DNA from: Strigamia acuminata
Taxonomy: Eukaryota
Direction: 5' to 3'
Length of the DNA stretch: 64,000 nucleotides
NCBI GenBank assembly: GCA_949358305.1
Contig: OX442314.1
Location: 16,678,001-16,742,000 of the forward strand
The notes beneath the pieces were generated by a model. That model had not been told where the DNA came from. It did not search any database and saw only the letters and a program-made list of their open reading frames with translations. Each line of letters starts with the position of its first letter. Position 1 is the stretch's first letter. Below, piece by piece: positions 28,101-43,400 of this stretch. Made by a program: the position numbers and the translations under genes.

Positions 28101-31100
28101 TTTTGAACACTAAAATAAAATATAGCGCAGCCAATCAGAATTCAGAACACTATATTCTTAGCTCCGCCCATTGCAAATGGCGCTTATTTTGTTGCAGAAA
28201 CGTTTGTATCACATTGCACGACGGATTGTGCACTTTGACGGTCGAAGAGACGTTTTCCGAGGCCGAATTTCAAGCAGGAACTCAAGCCAGGGTCTTGCCA
28301 AAGCCAAGAAAGAACTAATTTCGCCGAATTTCAAGCAGGAACTCGAGCCAGGGTTTGCTAAAGCAGGATTCGCTTTAAGTGTACTGATAAGGAAAAAATG
28401 CAGCCCGCAAAAACTTATTTTATCATTTTTCCCTTACACTATTTTTTTTATAGTATAGCCTTATACTGTAAGGGAAAAATGCATCCCGCAAACTCTCTAT
28501 TGTAATTAAAACTGATTACGGTATGGGTATGCTTTATCGTGAATTCTGGCTGTGGCGACTACTCACACAAAATCATTTAAACTTGTCTACATTTTCTAAA
28601 CCTGTCTAAATTGTACGTTTAGACTAGTTTAAAAAATATAAACAAGTTTATGAATGCGCCTAGTTCCAATTAATAAGTTATTGTTTTGAAAAGTGGTTTT
28701 TAAATGTATTAGGGACCAAAACACGAATACGTGCTTAAGGACATGTAGAAATGCCCCACTTAGTAATTAAGAGCGAGAAAATCTAACGGCACATTTTTTT
28801 GTTTCCTACTCTTTACGCATGCTTGCAGCCAATACACTCTGAGCATGTGCTGCGAGTGACATCCCCACATTTAAGCTTTTACAGAATGTGCAGGTATGCG
28901 TTGCCTCTCTTTTCTGATTTCCGTTATTGATTTTGTTCTTCTACGAACAAAATTGAAGGGTTGATTGCAAAGTGGCAACACAAATGGACCAAAATACATG
29001 AAGAAGAATGGCTTCATTAACTGACAGAGAGTTTCCATAGTGGAATTAACACGGACACTTAATTACTACTCAGTCTTTACAAATCTCCTAAACAAGCATT
29101 AGGAGAAATTAACTGGGCAATGGTAAGAAACCTAAAGACACAACTTGATGCTTTTCTTCTGAGTCTGCAGGCTGTGTCATCTGTCTGTTGACATATTCCA
29201 GAATATGTTTTGTACTATTGTAAGTGCATGTTTAAGAAACACAAGCACAAAAAATGAGCTAATAATAAAAACAAGTAAAAGTACAAATAATTTACAAAAC
29301 AAGGCATGGCACAATACAAGTATACGCAGACAAAACCCCTTACAACCACGGGCTCAGAATGTGTTTCATAGTAATAAAAATGCTTAGACTACTCTTTTGT
29401 TTAATGAAACTTACTTTTTATAAAAAACACATTGCTGACTTAAGCAAAGTAGCAAGTGATATATTTTACTGCTATTTTCTCGTTTTATACGCAATAAAAA
29501 ACTGAAAATGGTAATGTCATCATTTTCAAATTTAAAAGGAAAAAAAAATAAGCAGAATATACTATCTTGAGAATTTAAAATTTTGCTGGGAAATCAAATA
29601 TTTTGTATGGCCAACTCAATTTTTCTTACTTTATAAAACTAATTTTTACATGAGAGTTACCACCAAGAAATAAATTAATAGTCATCATTTAATTGTTAAG
29701 AAACCACGTTTGTTTCCATGAATTGAATTATATACACTTTCAGATGGAAATTTGTGGTCTTCTCGGAGCTCTTTATTCAATAAATTTCCACAAATAATTT
29801 TTCTGAAATTTCTTTCTTGGATTCGGGGATTCTCGAGGCAGCATGGATCCTTTTTCAACCGGGAATTTATAAATCCGCGCCTGCAGTTTTTAAATTTAAG
29901 ATAATGTAACGCATGTCCTCAGAAACAATCAGTCAACACACCAGACAATTTTGTCGTGAGCGAGAATAAGAGCCCGACATCATTTTCCCATTCCCAGCAG
30001 CAAACAAGAGTGTAGTTAGCCAGTTAGTGGTAATTGATCCATTAACCGCAGGTTTTATCAAGCTGGAACATGCTTAATGATTAATGATTAGGTTAATAAT
30101 GTCAGGAATAGTTTTAGGTTTGGAAGGAAGGAAGAAAGAAGTTGTGAAGATACATGCCATCAAAATCTTTGCTCATGGCATCATCACTTTTTACCAACAT
30201 CACAATTCTTCATATTAAGGATAGATTTTTGAAAAGACAATCACCGTGGCACACATCCAAATATTTTTATTTTACTAAAGTGCATTTTGCATGGATCTTA
30301 GCTATCTCTTTTAGATATATTATAGAGAATGGTGTGCTTAGCCAAGTAAGCTTGGCAAAATTCCCCGTCTCAGTCTTGCTTGCCCTTGTCTTTCCTGGCA
30401 ATAAAATGAGTAAAAATTTTAATGTTTGTGATTACTATTCTCTGTTACACTCAACGATCGGGTTAAATGCAATGTGGGATGACTTCTTTAAAAATCAAAC
30501 TTTGCATTTGTACCGACAGCTTTAAAAAATTTCGTTTTTGCATTGAAAGATACGGATCGGTACCTCAAGATAAATCAGACTGATAAATATCTGAGAGAGA
30601 AGAGTAAATAAAATGTGTGGTAGACCGATCAGATCAGGATGGGTCGAAACCTTTTCTTCAGCACGAGCAATAAAGGAAACGTTCTGCAAGAACTTCAGAT
30701 AATAATGTTGATTACATACTTCACTTAAGATTAATCATATTGTGTAGTGGCTTGGATCCATCTGCAATCTACGAACTGACGAGATAATTTCAGCATTATT
30801 GGAAAAACGAAATAACGCTTCCGCACATAGAAGGGCAATAAGTAATCAAGGAGGAAACAGAATCGATTTCATCTGACAAAACAAAGCTTCATCTGTTTTC
30901 AATTGTGAATTTTTGAGGTAGTACAATCGTTGAAACGGAAATGGAAACCAAAAATAGAATTTTACAATGTGACAGCGGTGCCATCTCTTGATGGGAATTT
31001 TTTTTTAAAAAAACAATACACCCGTCAAAAGCTAAAAAGGAATAAAAACACAACAAACAACCCCCTATATATCCACGTAGTTCTACGTTGGGCCACAGTT

Positions 31101-34100
31101 CGAGTCTCTTTAAACTTTTTTTTTCAAGGAACTGATAGCATTTTTCATTTAAAAAATTGCAAAAACATTTTTCACAATAACAACACTTTTAAACCAAAAT
31201 TCTAGCGGTAAGTTATGATGTTAACGAAAGCACAATTTGGGCTTGCACGGCGCTTCTTGGCGAAAATGCCACACCTCAATTAGAGTAAAATATTAAGTTT
31301 TATGTTATTAATCATGCTATTAACATCCAGAGTCTTTTCATCTTTAACTTCCGAGTTTTTTCCAAAGAGTTGTGACGCTGTTGATGTACACATCCAACAG
31401 TTTGCAAAACAATCTGTTAGCTTGTAATGGTTATAAAACCGTATTAATTACGATATTGGCACCAGAGGGTGCGATATTCGATTTAGACTACAAATATGTA
31501 AGGAATAAGTTCAGTGCAAAGAATAAATATACTTTATTTGTGAGATAAAATGATTGATTATCTACAATCAACATAAAACTCCAGTTTATGGAGTGCCAGT
31601 TTATAAAGTGCCAATTGGTTACTTTTGGATCTAGGTCCGGACTCCGGAATCAATGCTTATTGTTTGTTTTTTGTATCTTTGATCTTGAAACACATTAAGC
31701 CCGATAGCTGACATTCTGATCTGTCGCTGTCAATATACCACTTATACACAGGCTGATGCGGGAACTGAACCCGTGCAATAAATACCGATCCTTGATCAGC
31801 ACGATGCCACGATTGATCCAACCATTACGGCTCTGAGGCGGATGGAGGCCTGAAAAACCTCCCACAATGATTGTGGATCATTGTCGAATGTCCCCGCCAA
31901 AATCAGTATTTAGCTTTGTTTCTCGCTCGTACAATCAATTGTTTCATCTCGGAGCATTCTTGCCACGTGGCCATTTGGCCACGTAACGTTGTTGTGACGA
32001 TGCCACGAAGCCAGCCCGCCCGGACACTCAGCCAGTAGATACGACCCGTTTTACACAAGAATAGACCCGGAAACCTAGTTGTTTAACTAATAAATGTAAC
32101 CATGTAATATTTGTCGTAAGTCTTATTCCATAACAATTCATTTAGCGCACACGGACTTTGCCTATCTTGCGTAGGTTATTGTTTTGTAGCAATGTTTTAG
32201 TATCTAATTGATAATGTAATATTATCATAAAGGTAGAATCATCACAAGCTCAACTGTTTACTTCATGCAAACACTATTTTACAAAAGTTCAGGTATTGTC
32301 TCTCAAATCCACTTTTATTGATTGCCGAAAAAATTAAAAAGCTAATACAAAAAAGTTACATTTTCGAATACCTTCAGGCCATTCTGAATCTTTAAAACGT
32401 TTACACAAAGCTCTTCTACCGTACTGTTTGATGTTTTCAGGCCTGTGTCGATCTAATTTTTGTTATGCAAATTAGTTTTATGTTTAGTGTTGTTATTAGC
32501 TGACCCCATACAACATACATGCAAAACTTTTAAACTAAACCTCAAATAAAACAAAAAATTATCTGTTTTTGTCAGTGGCGCGTTTATATTTCTGGTGCAG
32601 TGTGACTTTGGACCCTAATTCTAAAATTTTGTATTAAAACTAATGTAATATTCATACAGGCATTCATTATAATGTTTGTATTTTTACAAAGTAAAAACAA
32701 CATTCGTACGTGTTTTTATAACTTTGAAGCCCCTAAAAGTCGAAGGCACGCACGCGCCAAGTACGCCTGCAGTATACCTAAACGCGCGACTGGTATTTGC
32801 TTAAATGTTGTTCAAATATAAAATTAAGTTAATAATTAATAAAAATAAAAACAACTATATTTTATAACCAGTTCTTTTCTTCTTTGTTTATTTCTTAAAC
32901 AAAGCTGTTGCGATTATTCTTTTTAGTTAATTTTATTATTCTTCAATCACGTATTTATGCAACATTTTCACGTATAAAGCAGTCAGAGAATAGTTTAAAT
33001 AAAATAAAAGATAATTTTAAAACAAATTTTAGAATGTACAATCTAATGTTCAATCTTTTAGTTTATCCCTACGACATGCAACAAAAATAAGCCGCAGTGA
33101 CACAAGAGATGCAAACTGTCAAAATAATTTTTGAATTCTGTGTTGCAACTAACAATGTGAAAGAAATGTGCATTTAAATAAAGAAAGTATTGACTGTTTA
33201 CATAATAACAATACTTTATTTAAAAAAAATTTAAACAATTGTGGATTACATACTACTGCTGTCTCCTTGTAAGTAAAGAAATGCGAGTTGTCAAAAATCA
33301 TTGTGACAGCTCGCATTTTTTTGACAGTTTGCATCTCTTAGTGTCACTTCAGCTTATTTTTGTTTCATGTCGTGTTAAAATAGGGATAAACTAAAAGAAA
33401 GTACATGCATTCAAAAATTTGTTTTAAAATTATTTTTTTTATTTTTTTTTTAAGTAATAAAGTAATAAGTAATAATACCAAAAAGATCATTAGTGATAGT
33501 GACACCAGCATCGAAACCCTCTTTCTGACAGTTCATAACATTGGAGAAGTTATTACCAGATTTACCACTTTGAATTTTCTGATGAATTGTTTTTATTGAA
33601 TTTAAAGATTTACTGACAAGGAGTATAAGCCGACACTTGAAGAAAAAAGTCTAAGAAAAATAAGCAAATCCTCATGTTTAAAAGATGAATACCTGTAATG
33701 TCAGTTGCTAATTTAACTGACAAGTTTTAAAAAATATAAGGTTTTACAGAATAGGACGAAGAATCTTCATTGCAGTCTGTTTATAGCTGAGTTAAAGTTA
33801 AACTTTAAACTTTAATTAATTTTAAATCATAAAATGTTGTTTCTGACACTTCTATTTCGAACTGAAAAACAATCAACATTACAAAAATGTTGTTATATTG
33901 CACCGGGCTGAAACTCAAAAAAAGAACAGCACAGCATGGTGGAACAATCGCTGTTATATTGGGAGCAAGTGCTCCTTATATTACATAGGGGAGCAAGTGC
34001 TTTTTATTTTCAACCCAAAAATTGTAAATAATTTTGATTAAACGCTTGCTAGGCACTATAGCAGATGGATTTGTAACGAAAAAACTCCATAGAAGATCAA

Positions 34101-34408
34101 TAAAGCGCAGACCCATACCAAGGGTAATGTATGTCCTAATGTTTTTGGTTGTGTTGGCGGTGCCGCCGCCCCAAAAATAAAGCATTTTTATGAGAAATAA
34201 ATAGATTACCATAAGGTGAAAAACTGTACTTTTAAAAAACACGTATGGTGTTTACAAAAGTACTTTTAAAATTTTAAACAAAAATTAATGGCATTTATGG
34301 CATTCTTGTTTTTAGCACAAAATGAATAATAGATAGAAACCGGCCTGATAAAGCGTTTCTAATTAAAGCAGAAAATGTGACAAATGCACTTATCATTTTG
34401 TCGCGTTC

Positions 34409-34439
<31 letters not shown>

Positions 34440-37400
34440 GGGAATGAACAGATTTCTTGTGTCTCAATTGCCATAAATTTTCCAGACTTGTTTCTACTAC
34501 CATTCTCCATTTCTAATTTCAGTTTCATGCTTCTGGAAGCATGAAGTTTACATACATGCTACGATAGTAGGGTACACTGGTAACTTTTTGTCGCTGATTG
34601 TATACAAATGTACACATTTTGTATTTAATTTTTTAAAGTTAAGCTTATTTATCAATGATTCAAATTCACTTGAATATTTTAAAGATTAGCCACACTATCC
34701 TTTAAAAATAATTTAATTTTCTCATCTTTTACTAGATCGATCAGATTATAAACGCAGTACAGCAAGTAATGACATCATGGACCAATAAGAGCAAGGCATT
34801 CCGGTGAGTCAAAGCAAAATACTCTAAGTCTGCCACAAGAAAAGAGGACACTTCTTAAAAATTAAATTTACTGATCCATCCCCACCATTTAAATGTCCAA
34901 CGACCCAATTTTAGCACACATCGCTCTCCAAGTCAAGAAACTTTTTCCATTTTAGTGACCTCCAAAATGGCATTTAAAATGATTTTTTGATCGCGTAAAA
35001 GATGGCAAAAAAATCATATTTGAGGATTTAAATTTCAAGGTTTATGTGGAAATTTAAGACCCCAAAAAGAAAACATGTCCAGGAAAAAGAGAACGCATGG
35101 TAACCCTAAATATGTTTAATTAACCATTTAGTTTCCTAGCGTAGCACCTTAAAACATCCAAAAATTCTGCCCATATTTCAAGTTTCTGCAGACGGGGCCT
35201 AATTATAATAAAAATTATTCGAAGTTGTACCGTTCATCTCCTCTTAAAGAAACGTTTATGCAGCATTTATCTACTTTCCCATGTCGCATAAAACGACCTC
35301 GTTTACAAAGTATAAATCATTGTACATTTATTCAATGCTTTTAAGTCACTCAAAACGATCCCAGAAGAGCGCATGTATATTAAAGATCAAAATTCAAAAT
35401 AAAATCATATAAGCTTACATAAGAAAAATTTCATTTGAAACTAAAAGCATATAGTCTCTAGACAAGAGCAAAAGCTGCGGGAATATGGTTATGAAAAATG
35501 GCGAATGTAGAACTTGTTTTTATGAATGTGGGCAGTGAGGGGTGTATGATTGTCCTCAAAAGCAGGCACGTTTCCAAGAATATCACTCCACTCCAGCTGC
35601 ATGAGTAAAAAGCTTTTCATCATTCTGCTTCTTTCTAAGTTATCTGACGATGGACCCAGTTGAAATGGTCACAAGTTTCGAAAATAGAACGCAAGAAATG
35701 CCAAAGTTGAAAACAAAATCACTGGAACAATAACAACAATTAAATTAAATTTATACGGATGTGTTATAAGTGTATTATATAAGTTTACGGTATATCGAAT
35801 TTTGCCAAGTTTCTATTTTAGTCCCAACTATCATGGTGGAACATCAAATCTGTTGCAACCATTTTCCATATACAGTATTTGAAAACCACAGTTCCTTTGT
35901 CACATTTACTACCGAAGTTGTTTGCACGGAAATTGAAAACGAGCCTCGAATTCATATCGCAGCTTGAAACAAACCATTTTCCCTGCCTTATATTCTACAT
36001 CCTTATACTTAAAGTGGACATCTACAATAACTGAGGCAAGAAATGGGGCCACTTTCTTTTGTTTATACCTCGGTTTTCAAGTACTTTTTCATTCTTGAGG
36101 TAACAAAAATGAATAAAAAAAACCAAGAAAACTGGATATAAACAAACAAACAGTCTACATTCTTGTCACCTTGTAACCAATAACTTCAAAACCACTAACC
36201 GTATGGAGTAATGAAACATGCACTGCTGGATTTTGTAGATATGTTTTTATCACAAAGTGTTATAGTCTAAGTGTATTAATTGATGTATTGTTGACGTTCG
36301 AGATTGCACAAGAATGGAGTGCAACCGATGTAGTTATTGTAATGAGAGTGTTGTTCGAGTTGGAATAAAATGCCGACATATTCATCTTGTTGATATTTCC
36401 AATGATTGAGTATTTATTCTAAACCAACAAGTGGTAGCAGAGGAGAGGTTTTACGATTATGGCGATGAAAGAATGAATGCTGAGTCTGGGAAAGCGCAAG
36501 TTATTAGTGTCACTAAGTTTTGAAAATATTTGGCGTGAAATTAATTCCTGTTTTGCATTTCTGTCGTCTGCTACGAGTTACGACAAGAGATGGCGATGGC
36601 GGATTCATTTGTGAACGTTTCCTCCTCATCAACGACGGTCGAGAGGTTGACCGATAGGAATTATTTTCTCTGGAAGATGAGATTGCGAGCAGTATTAAAG
36701 ATGAAAGGCCTATGGAAGATGGTGATCGTGAACGACGAACCGGAGAAAGGACGGCTTGGACAGGCAAATTACGGCCAGATGAGGGCAATTTGGGAGAATT
36801 GGGAACAGAAGAATGACGAGGCCATGGGGATCTTGATGCTGTCACTTTCAGCGGAACAAGGAGTGCGTTACAGCATGGAAACGAACGCCAAAAAGTTGTG
36901 GGAAACGATTGAGACTCACATGGGACCAAAGAACGATTTTGAAGTGGTCAAATGCGGCATAGAATTAGCGCAACTCAAGATGAACGAGAAAGAAACGATT
37001 GATACGTACATAAATCGTGCAGAGGCAATAAAGACCAAAGCATCGGAACTTGGGAAAATATATAGCAATCAGGAGATGCTAAGTTACGTAGCACGAGGGC
37101 TGCGAGTTGAATTTGAGCACAATGTGCGAATTTTTGAGGGACAAAACAACAATTTGACTTTGAGTGAAGCTCGAACTGCTTTGAGATTTGAAGAGGAAAG
37201 ACAGCGGGCAAAGAAGAAAAGTCACGACGGAAATGGAAGCGAAAATGCGTACAGAATTCGACAAAGGGGGAAATGTAACATTGAATGTTACAATTGCCAC
37301 AAGATTGGACACTACGCCAAGGACTGTTGGTCCAAAAGTAAAACGGGTGATCCAACGCGCGGAAATGCAAATCCACGTGGAACCGCAACAAACACAAGGA

Positions 37401-40400
37401 CGCCGAACAGAGGACGTGGCGGAAATAGGACAAATGAACAGTCAGCACGAAGCGAGGTGCGACCAACACCCAAGCCACGGGAATATTCGTGTGGAGCGAG
37501 AGTTTTGGCGATTAATGAAGCTGTTGAGCGGGAAAGCGATGAGGAAACGCCGGATGAACTTGAAGACTGGCTTCTGGATTCAGGGGCAACAAGTCACATG
37601 GTATCACACAAAGATGATTTTGAGTTTTTCGAGTCATATCCGCAAAAAGTCGGACTGGCAAGTGAGGCAGAAGCGAAGTCACCAGGACGGGGGCAGATGC
37701 GTGTCACAGAAGACGTTTCGAGGAACACGTTACGTCTGAGCAACGTGCTCTATATTCCGAACCTGCAGACGAATTTACTATCTGTTCCGAAGATGGTCGA
37801 TGCTGGGTTGACGGTGACGTTTACACGACAGTGCGCCAACGTGCAAGATGAAGATGGAAATCACGTGATGAGGGCACAGCGTGTTGACGATAAATTTATG
37901 ATTGGGGCGATATACAATGAAGCCAACCACATACAACCTGTTAACGAGGTAGCGTGTACGACACAATGTTTGACACGGACTTTATGGCACCAAAGATTGG
38001 GACATCCAAACTTCAAAAATATGGAAGACATGAAAAGTCAGAATCTTGTAATAGGATTGAATTGGGATGAAAAATTGCCAGATGAGACTTGTATGGAATG
38101 CGTGAAAGGGAAGATGACAAGGGTTCCACGACGTGCTGTTTCATATCAACAATCCCAAGAGATAATGGAATTAATTCATGTTGATTTGATGGGGCCAATG
38201 CCCGTACCCACATTAGGGGGAGCGCGTTATGTGCTAACTATGGTTGATGATTGTAGCCGAATGGTATTTTTGAGAGTATTGAGCACTAAAAGTGAAGCTG
38301 GGACCGCAATCAAAGACTTCGTGGCGCATATTGAATTGCAGATGGGGCGATTGGTGAAGCGAATACGGTCGGACAATGGCGGGGAATTTTTGAATGACAG
38401 TTTGGGACAATACTTCACTCAGAAGGGGATTTTACACGAACTGACCACCTCATACTCACCCGAGAGCAACGCGATCGCAGAACGCATGAATAGGACCGTG
38501 ACAGAAGCGATGCGAACTTTATTAGTGGACTCAAAGTTGCCACAGAAGTTTTGGGGCGAAGCTATTCTGACAGCTGCTCATTTACGCAACAGGTGCAAGA
38601 CGAGTACACACGGCAAGACTCCTTACGAACGTTGGAAGGGGAGAATACCCAACGTTAGCTACTTGAGACGCTTTGGATGCGTGGCTCACGTACTAGAACC
38701 AAAATTTCGACAAAACAAGTTGAAAGACAAAACCAGAGAAGGCATACTAGTGGGTTATTCGACTAAAAGGAAAGCCTACAGGATATTTATGCGAGACACA
38801 GGGAAAATCACAGAATCGTGTGATGTAGTTTTTGAAGAGTCACGATTGGGGAATAATCATCTTGACCGGACGGACGAATCCGAAGAACCGATGGATTTAG
38901 ACGTTGTTTACGACCTTGGTGAAGCACCGCCTCAACCGATCGAACAACTTGCTCCGGATGTAGACATAGACGAACCGGACCCACCCATTGTGGCTCCAGT
39001 ACCGGAACAGTTGCCCGCTCGGAGGGGAGGACGGAGGCCGGGCGCCACCAAGGAAGTGCTAGCAGCAAACAAGCAAGCTCGTATAGACGAAACCGAAGCG
39101 AATTTGCAACAGCGAGGAGTGCGACGCTCAACAAGGATTAGAGAGCAAGCACTGCGACAACGGGGAACGCGACAACGAGGAGCGCGACACCGAGGAGCAC
39201 GACACTCAAGAAAAATCCTAGAGCAGGCATTGATGGCGGAAATAATGTTTACACCGAACACCTATGAAGAGGCTATGGCGTCGGATGATGCAAACGAATG
39301 GCGAAAGGCCATGCAGGAAGAAATAGATTCGATGCACCAACATCAAGTTTGGAAAATAGAGCCGCGACCTAGCGATGCAAAGCCAGTTAAATCAAAATGG
39401 GTTTTTCGCATAAAGACAAATGCCGACGGCTCGATAATTCGATACAAAGCTCGACTTGTAGCGGTCGGATGCGGACAGAGACCGGGAATGGACTACGATC
39501 AGACATTCTCACCAGTGGTCAGAATAGAGTCATTGAGAACACTGTTGAATGTAGCAGCCAAAGAGGACTTACTTCTGGACCAGTACGATGTTAAGACAGC
39601 GTACTTACACGGGAAACTGAAGGAGAAGATATATATGGAGCAACCAAAGGGTTTCGAGACTGGAGAGGGCGATTGCGTATGCAGACTAGAGAAGAGTTTA
39701 TATGGATTAAAGCAATCCGGGCGCTGCTGGAATGAGAAGTTGCACGAGGTACTGACAAAGTGCGGATTTGAGCGCTCACCGGACGATCCTTGCCTGTATA
39801 TATGCAGAAGTGAGCGAGGCGTGATAATGATGGGAGTTTATGTCGACGATCTCGTCACAGCCAGCTCTAGCGCTAAATTTCGAGACGAGAAAATGGCACA
39901 ATTGGGGAAATTTGTCGAATTAGTTCACATGGGTGAATTAAAGTACATTCTGGGATTAGAAATCGAACGAGACAAAAACGAAATCAGACTTTTTCAACGC
40001 AAATACGCCGAAAAGGTGCTACGACGTTTTGGTTTGGACAAATGTAATGCAAACGCCACACCGTGCGAACTGGGACTGAAACTGGAAGAGTTTGCAGATA
40101 GCCCGCCGGTGGATGCGACTTTGTATCAAGAAATAATAGGCAGCGTGATGTATTTGGCAACAAGCACACGACCTGATCTGAGTTATCCAGTCAGTTCTCT
40201 CTCGAGATTTAATAAGGATCCGAGGGAAATCCACCTTGCTGCGGCCAAACGTTTACTGCGTTACATCCGTGGGACGCAGAACTACAAGTTGCATTACGGG
40301 AAAGAAAAATCATGCCTATACGCGCACGCCGATTCTAGCTGGGATTCGACGGCAGACGCACGGACATTTACGGGATACGTGGTCAAAGATGGAGATTCGC

Positions 40401-43400
40401 TAATCAATTGGAAGTGTCGAAAACAGGGCGACGTGGCCGAATCATCATGCGAGAGCGAACTCGATGGCATTTCAGATGCGATACGAGATTTAACGTGGAC
40501 GAAATCCGTTTTGAAGGACTTCGGCGCAACATTTAACAAAGATGTCAAACTCTACAACGACAACCAAGCGGCGGTACAGATGTTACAAGACGGAATCCAA
40601 CGCGTGAGAAGCAAGTATTTGAATCGCAAATACCACTTCATTAAGGCGAGAGTGGAGACGGACCATATACGGGTTGAGCACATCCCCGGGACGGAGATGA
40701 TAGCGGACGCGCTGACCAAACCGCTCAGCGGACCGATTTTACTCAAATGTGTGCAGGGAATGGGTTTATATTGAAGAGAAGAAAGAATTTAATTAAGTTC
40801 GATTTTTTGGGTTATTTTTGTTGTCTGTTAAATGCTGTTTACTTTGTGTAAAAAGAAGGGGATTTGTAGATATGTTTTTATCACAAAGTGTTATAGTCTA
40901 AGTGTATTAATTGATGTATTGTTGACGTTCGAGATTGCACAAGAATGGAGTGCAACCGATGTAGTTATTGTAATGAGAGTGTTGTTCGAGTTGGAATAAA
41001 ATGCCGACATATTCATCTTGTTGATATTTCCAATGATTGAGTATTTATTCTAAACCAACAGATTTAAATTCGTAGGTCCCTGAAGCAATGATATTATGGA
41101 AGTCTCTTCCCTCCCTACCCCCCTTGGTAACATTTTTTCTTTAAATTGATATTGTAAGATGGATTAAAAATTCTTTAGTCCCACAAATAAAATCCAGTTG
41201 TTTCCCACCTATGACATCCTGCAAATCCAAGTATTCTATTTCTGATTAAGTTGTTGTTTTTCTACTAAATTAATTAAAAGTTACATTTTTAAATCTGAAA
41301 CGAGATCTGAAAGAATAAAGCGCTTACAAACTTCAATGTGATTGAAAGTTAATTAAAAAAATTCAATTCAACAAAACAAAAGAACCAATTACATAATCAT
41401 CAAAACAATAGAAATGTGTAATAATTTCACACAAACCGAGTCACTCCTCTTTTAAATAAATAAATCAAACAGTCACAGCTTAGAGATAAAAGGTTTTGTA
41501 CTTTCGATGTTTATGTTTCAATATATTGTTGCTAGTCACTGGCATCCAAAAACTATAAAACAGAATAAGATGAAATAAATTTAAAGACTGATTATTTCAA
41601 ATCAAAAGGAAACAAACCAAATTCAAAACAAATAAAATCTTAAGTTTAAAATTTTGTTTTTGTGGCACGAACGTGCTTTATACGTTGCGAGTCTTAATCG
41701 CCCAACAAAATTAATTTAGTGCAGCTGTAGAAATTCTTATTACAGTCCCCAAACATTTTTTTGTAACCGCAAATTTTCTCAAGAAGAAACCCAACCAGTT
41801 TCGATATTTTTTCTTTTCTTTGTTTAAGACAATTTTTTTTTTATAAAGATATCAATTGTCCTTTTCCTATTGTTAATTAGAAAAGCCAGTGATTTTTTCA
41901 ACGCAGAAATGAAAACCATTTCAAAAAAGAAAGCACAAGACGGATTGATTTTCGTCATGGCTGTAGGAAACTTTCTCGGTAAGTGCAACGAAAATGCTTA
42001 ATCTTTATACTGTTAATGGTTTTTTTAGGTCGAATGTCATGCCAACCAAATTGAATCGATAAAACAACCTGTTTGCTCCAAGGAAAGGCTTAGAAAATAA
42101 ATCCAAATCGTTATTGATTGAGCAAAAATAAAAAACGATGTCAAAATGAGGCATGACAAAACAAAATGTATAATGCCACCCGCAAAAAATTATAGTTTGC
42201 TGTGCCCTGGGGCTGTGCATATTCATGAACCTTTTTGAAAAGGAAGGTTGATTGCACCGAATGCAAAAATACTTCTCTATTTGGTTCTTATACTCTGACC
42301 CACCTTAAGAGACACACCACTAACACCAGTTCCTATTGGCCGAGCCCACAGGAAACTGGCCGAGCCGGGATTTCATACTAAGGTCGAAATAATTAAGGTC
42401 GAAATTATTCCTTTCCATAAAATATTTTCTTAGTCGTGTGTTACTAAGGTCGAAATGAATAAGGTCGAAATCCTGTTTCTACCTCATTCATGAATAAGGT
42501 CGAAATGACTAAGGTCGAAATCCTGTTTCTACCTTATTCATGAATAAGGTCGAAACACAAAATTTTTATATGAATAAGGTCGAAACAGAAAATTTTTATA
42601 TGAATAAGATCGAAACACAAAAATTCAAAAACACGAGAATTTCTCTAAATAAATGTTTTTTATCACATGTTTTTGTATTTTCAGGAAACCAGAGCAGCTT
42701 CTAGAACTAACCTTTTCTCATTTTTCTCATTTATTATGTACATGAGTAATAAAAAAACTTTATTTTAGCCTAAATAAATTTGTTTACATTTTGACTTTGA
42801 TTAAAACTGAAAACAAGCGTAAAAAATAGTTAGAAACTCTATTAAAACTGGAAAAACACGTAAAAGATGATAAAACACCGGTTAAAACCAAAAAAAATAA
42901 TAAAAACCATGAAAAACTGATTAAAACTTAAAAAAAACTTGAAAAATCATCAAAAAACCGGAAAAAAATGGGAAAAAAACATTAAAAACCTTAAAAAACG
43001 GTTTAAAAATGAAAAAAACCTTAAGAAATCATAAAAAAAATGATAAAAACGAGTTAAAACGAGGTGAAAAACATGAAAAACCGAACAAAAAATGGCGTCG
43101 ATGTGCTGCAGTGAAGCACCGGGTAAATGCGCTAAGCAGCCTGCCGCGCGCATTTTTTAATAGATACAGTGTTTTAGGCAGTGTTTTGTCACGGGCAGGT
43201 TACCCACCCTTCTTTTTTATTCATTTCTAACTTAGACTGACCCAATCTTAAGTTTTCTTATTTTTTCCCAATCTTTCTTTTCATCTAACATTGATGAATC
43301 ATCTCTAAATATATGCGCAGCCTCATTGCGCGCATCTTATTATTTCCAACAATTAACCTTATTTTATACCTTCCACCCCCTCACCCACTCCAATCGACCT

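Noticed and set aside
26700..36200. Numerous 60-120-aa ORFs in sGC alpha introns
   Set aside because: AT-rich, low-complexity translations with no motifs; expected by chance.
42378..42616. Regularly spaced TAAGGTCGAAA repeats as a CRISPR array
   Set aside because: The motif is too short and the spacers are themselves repeated; this fits transposon subterminal repeats.
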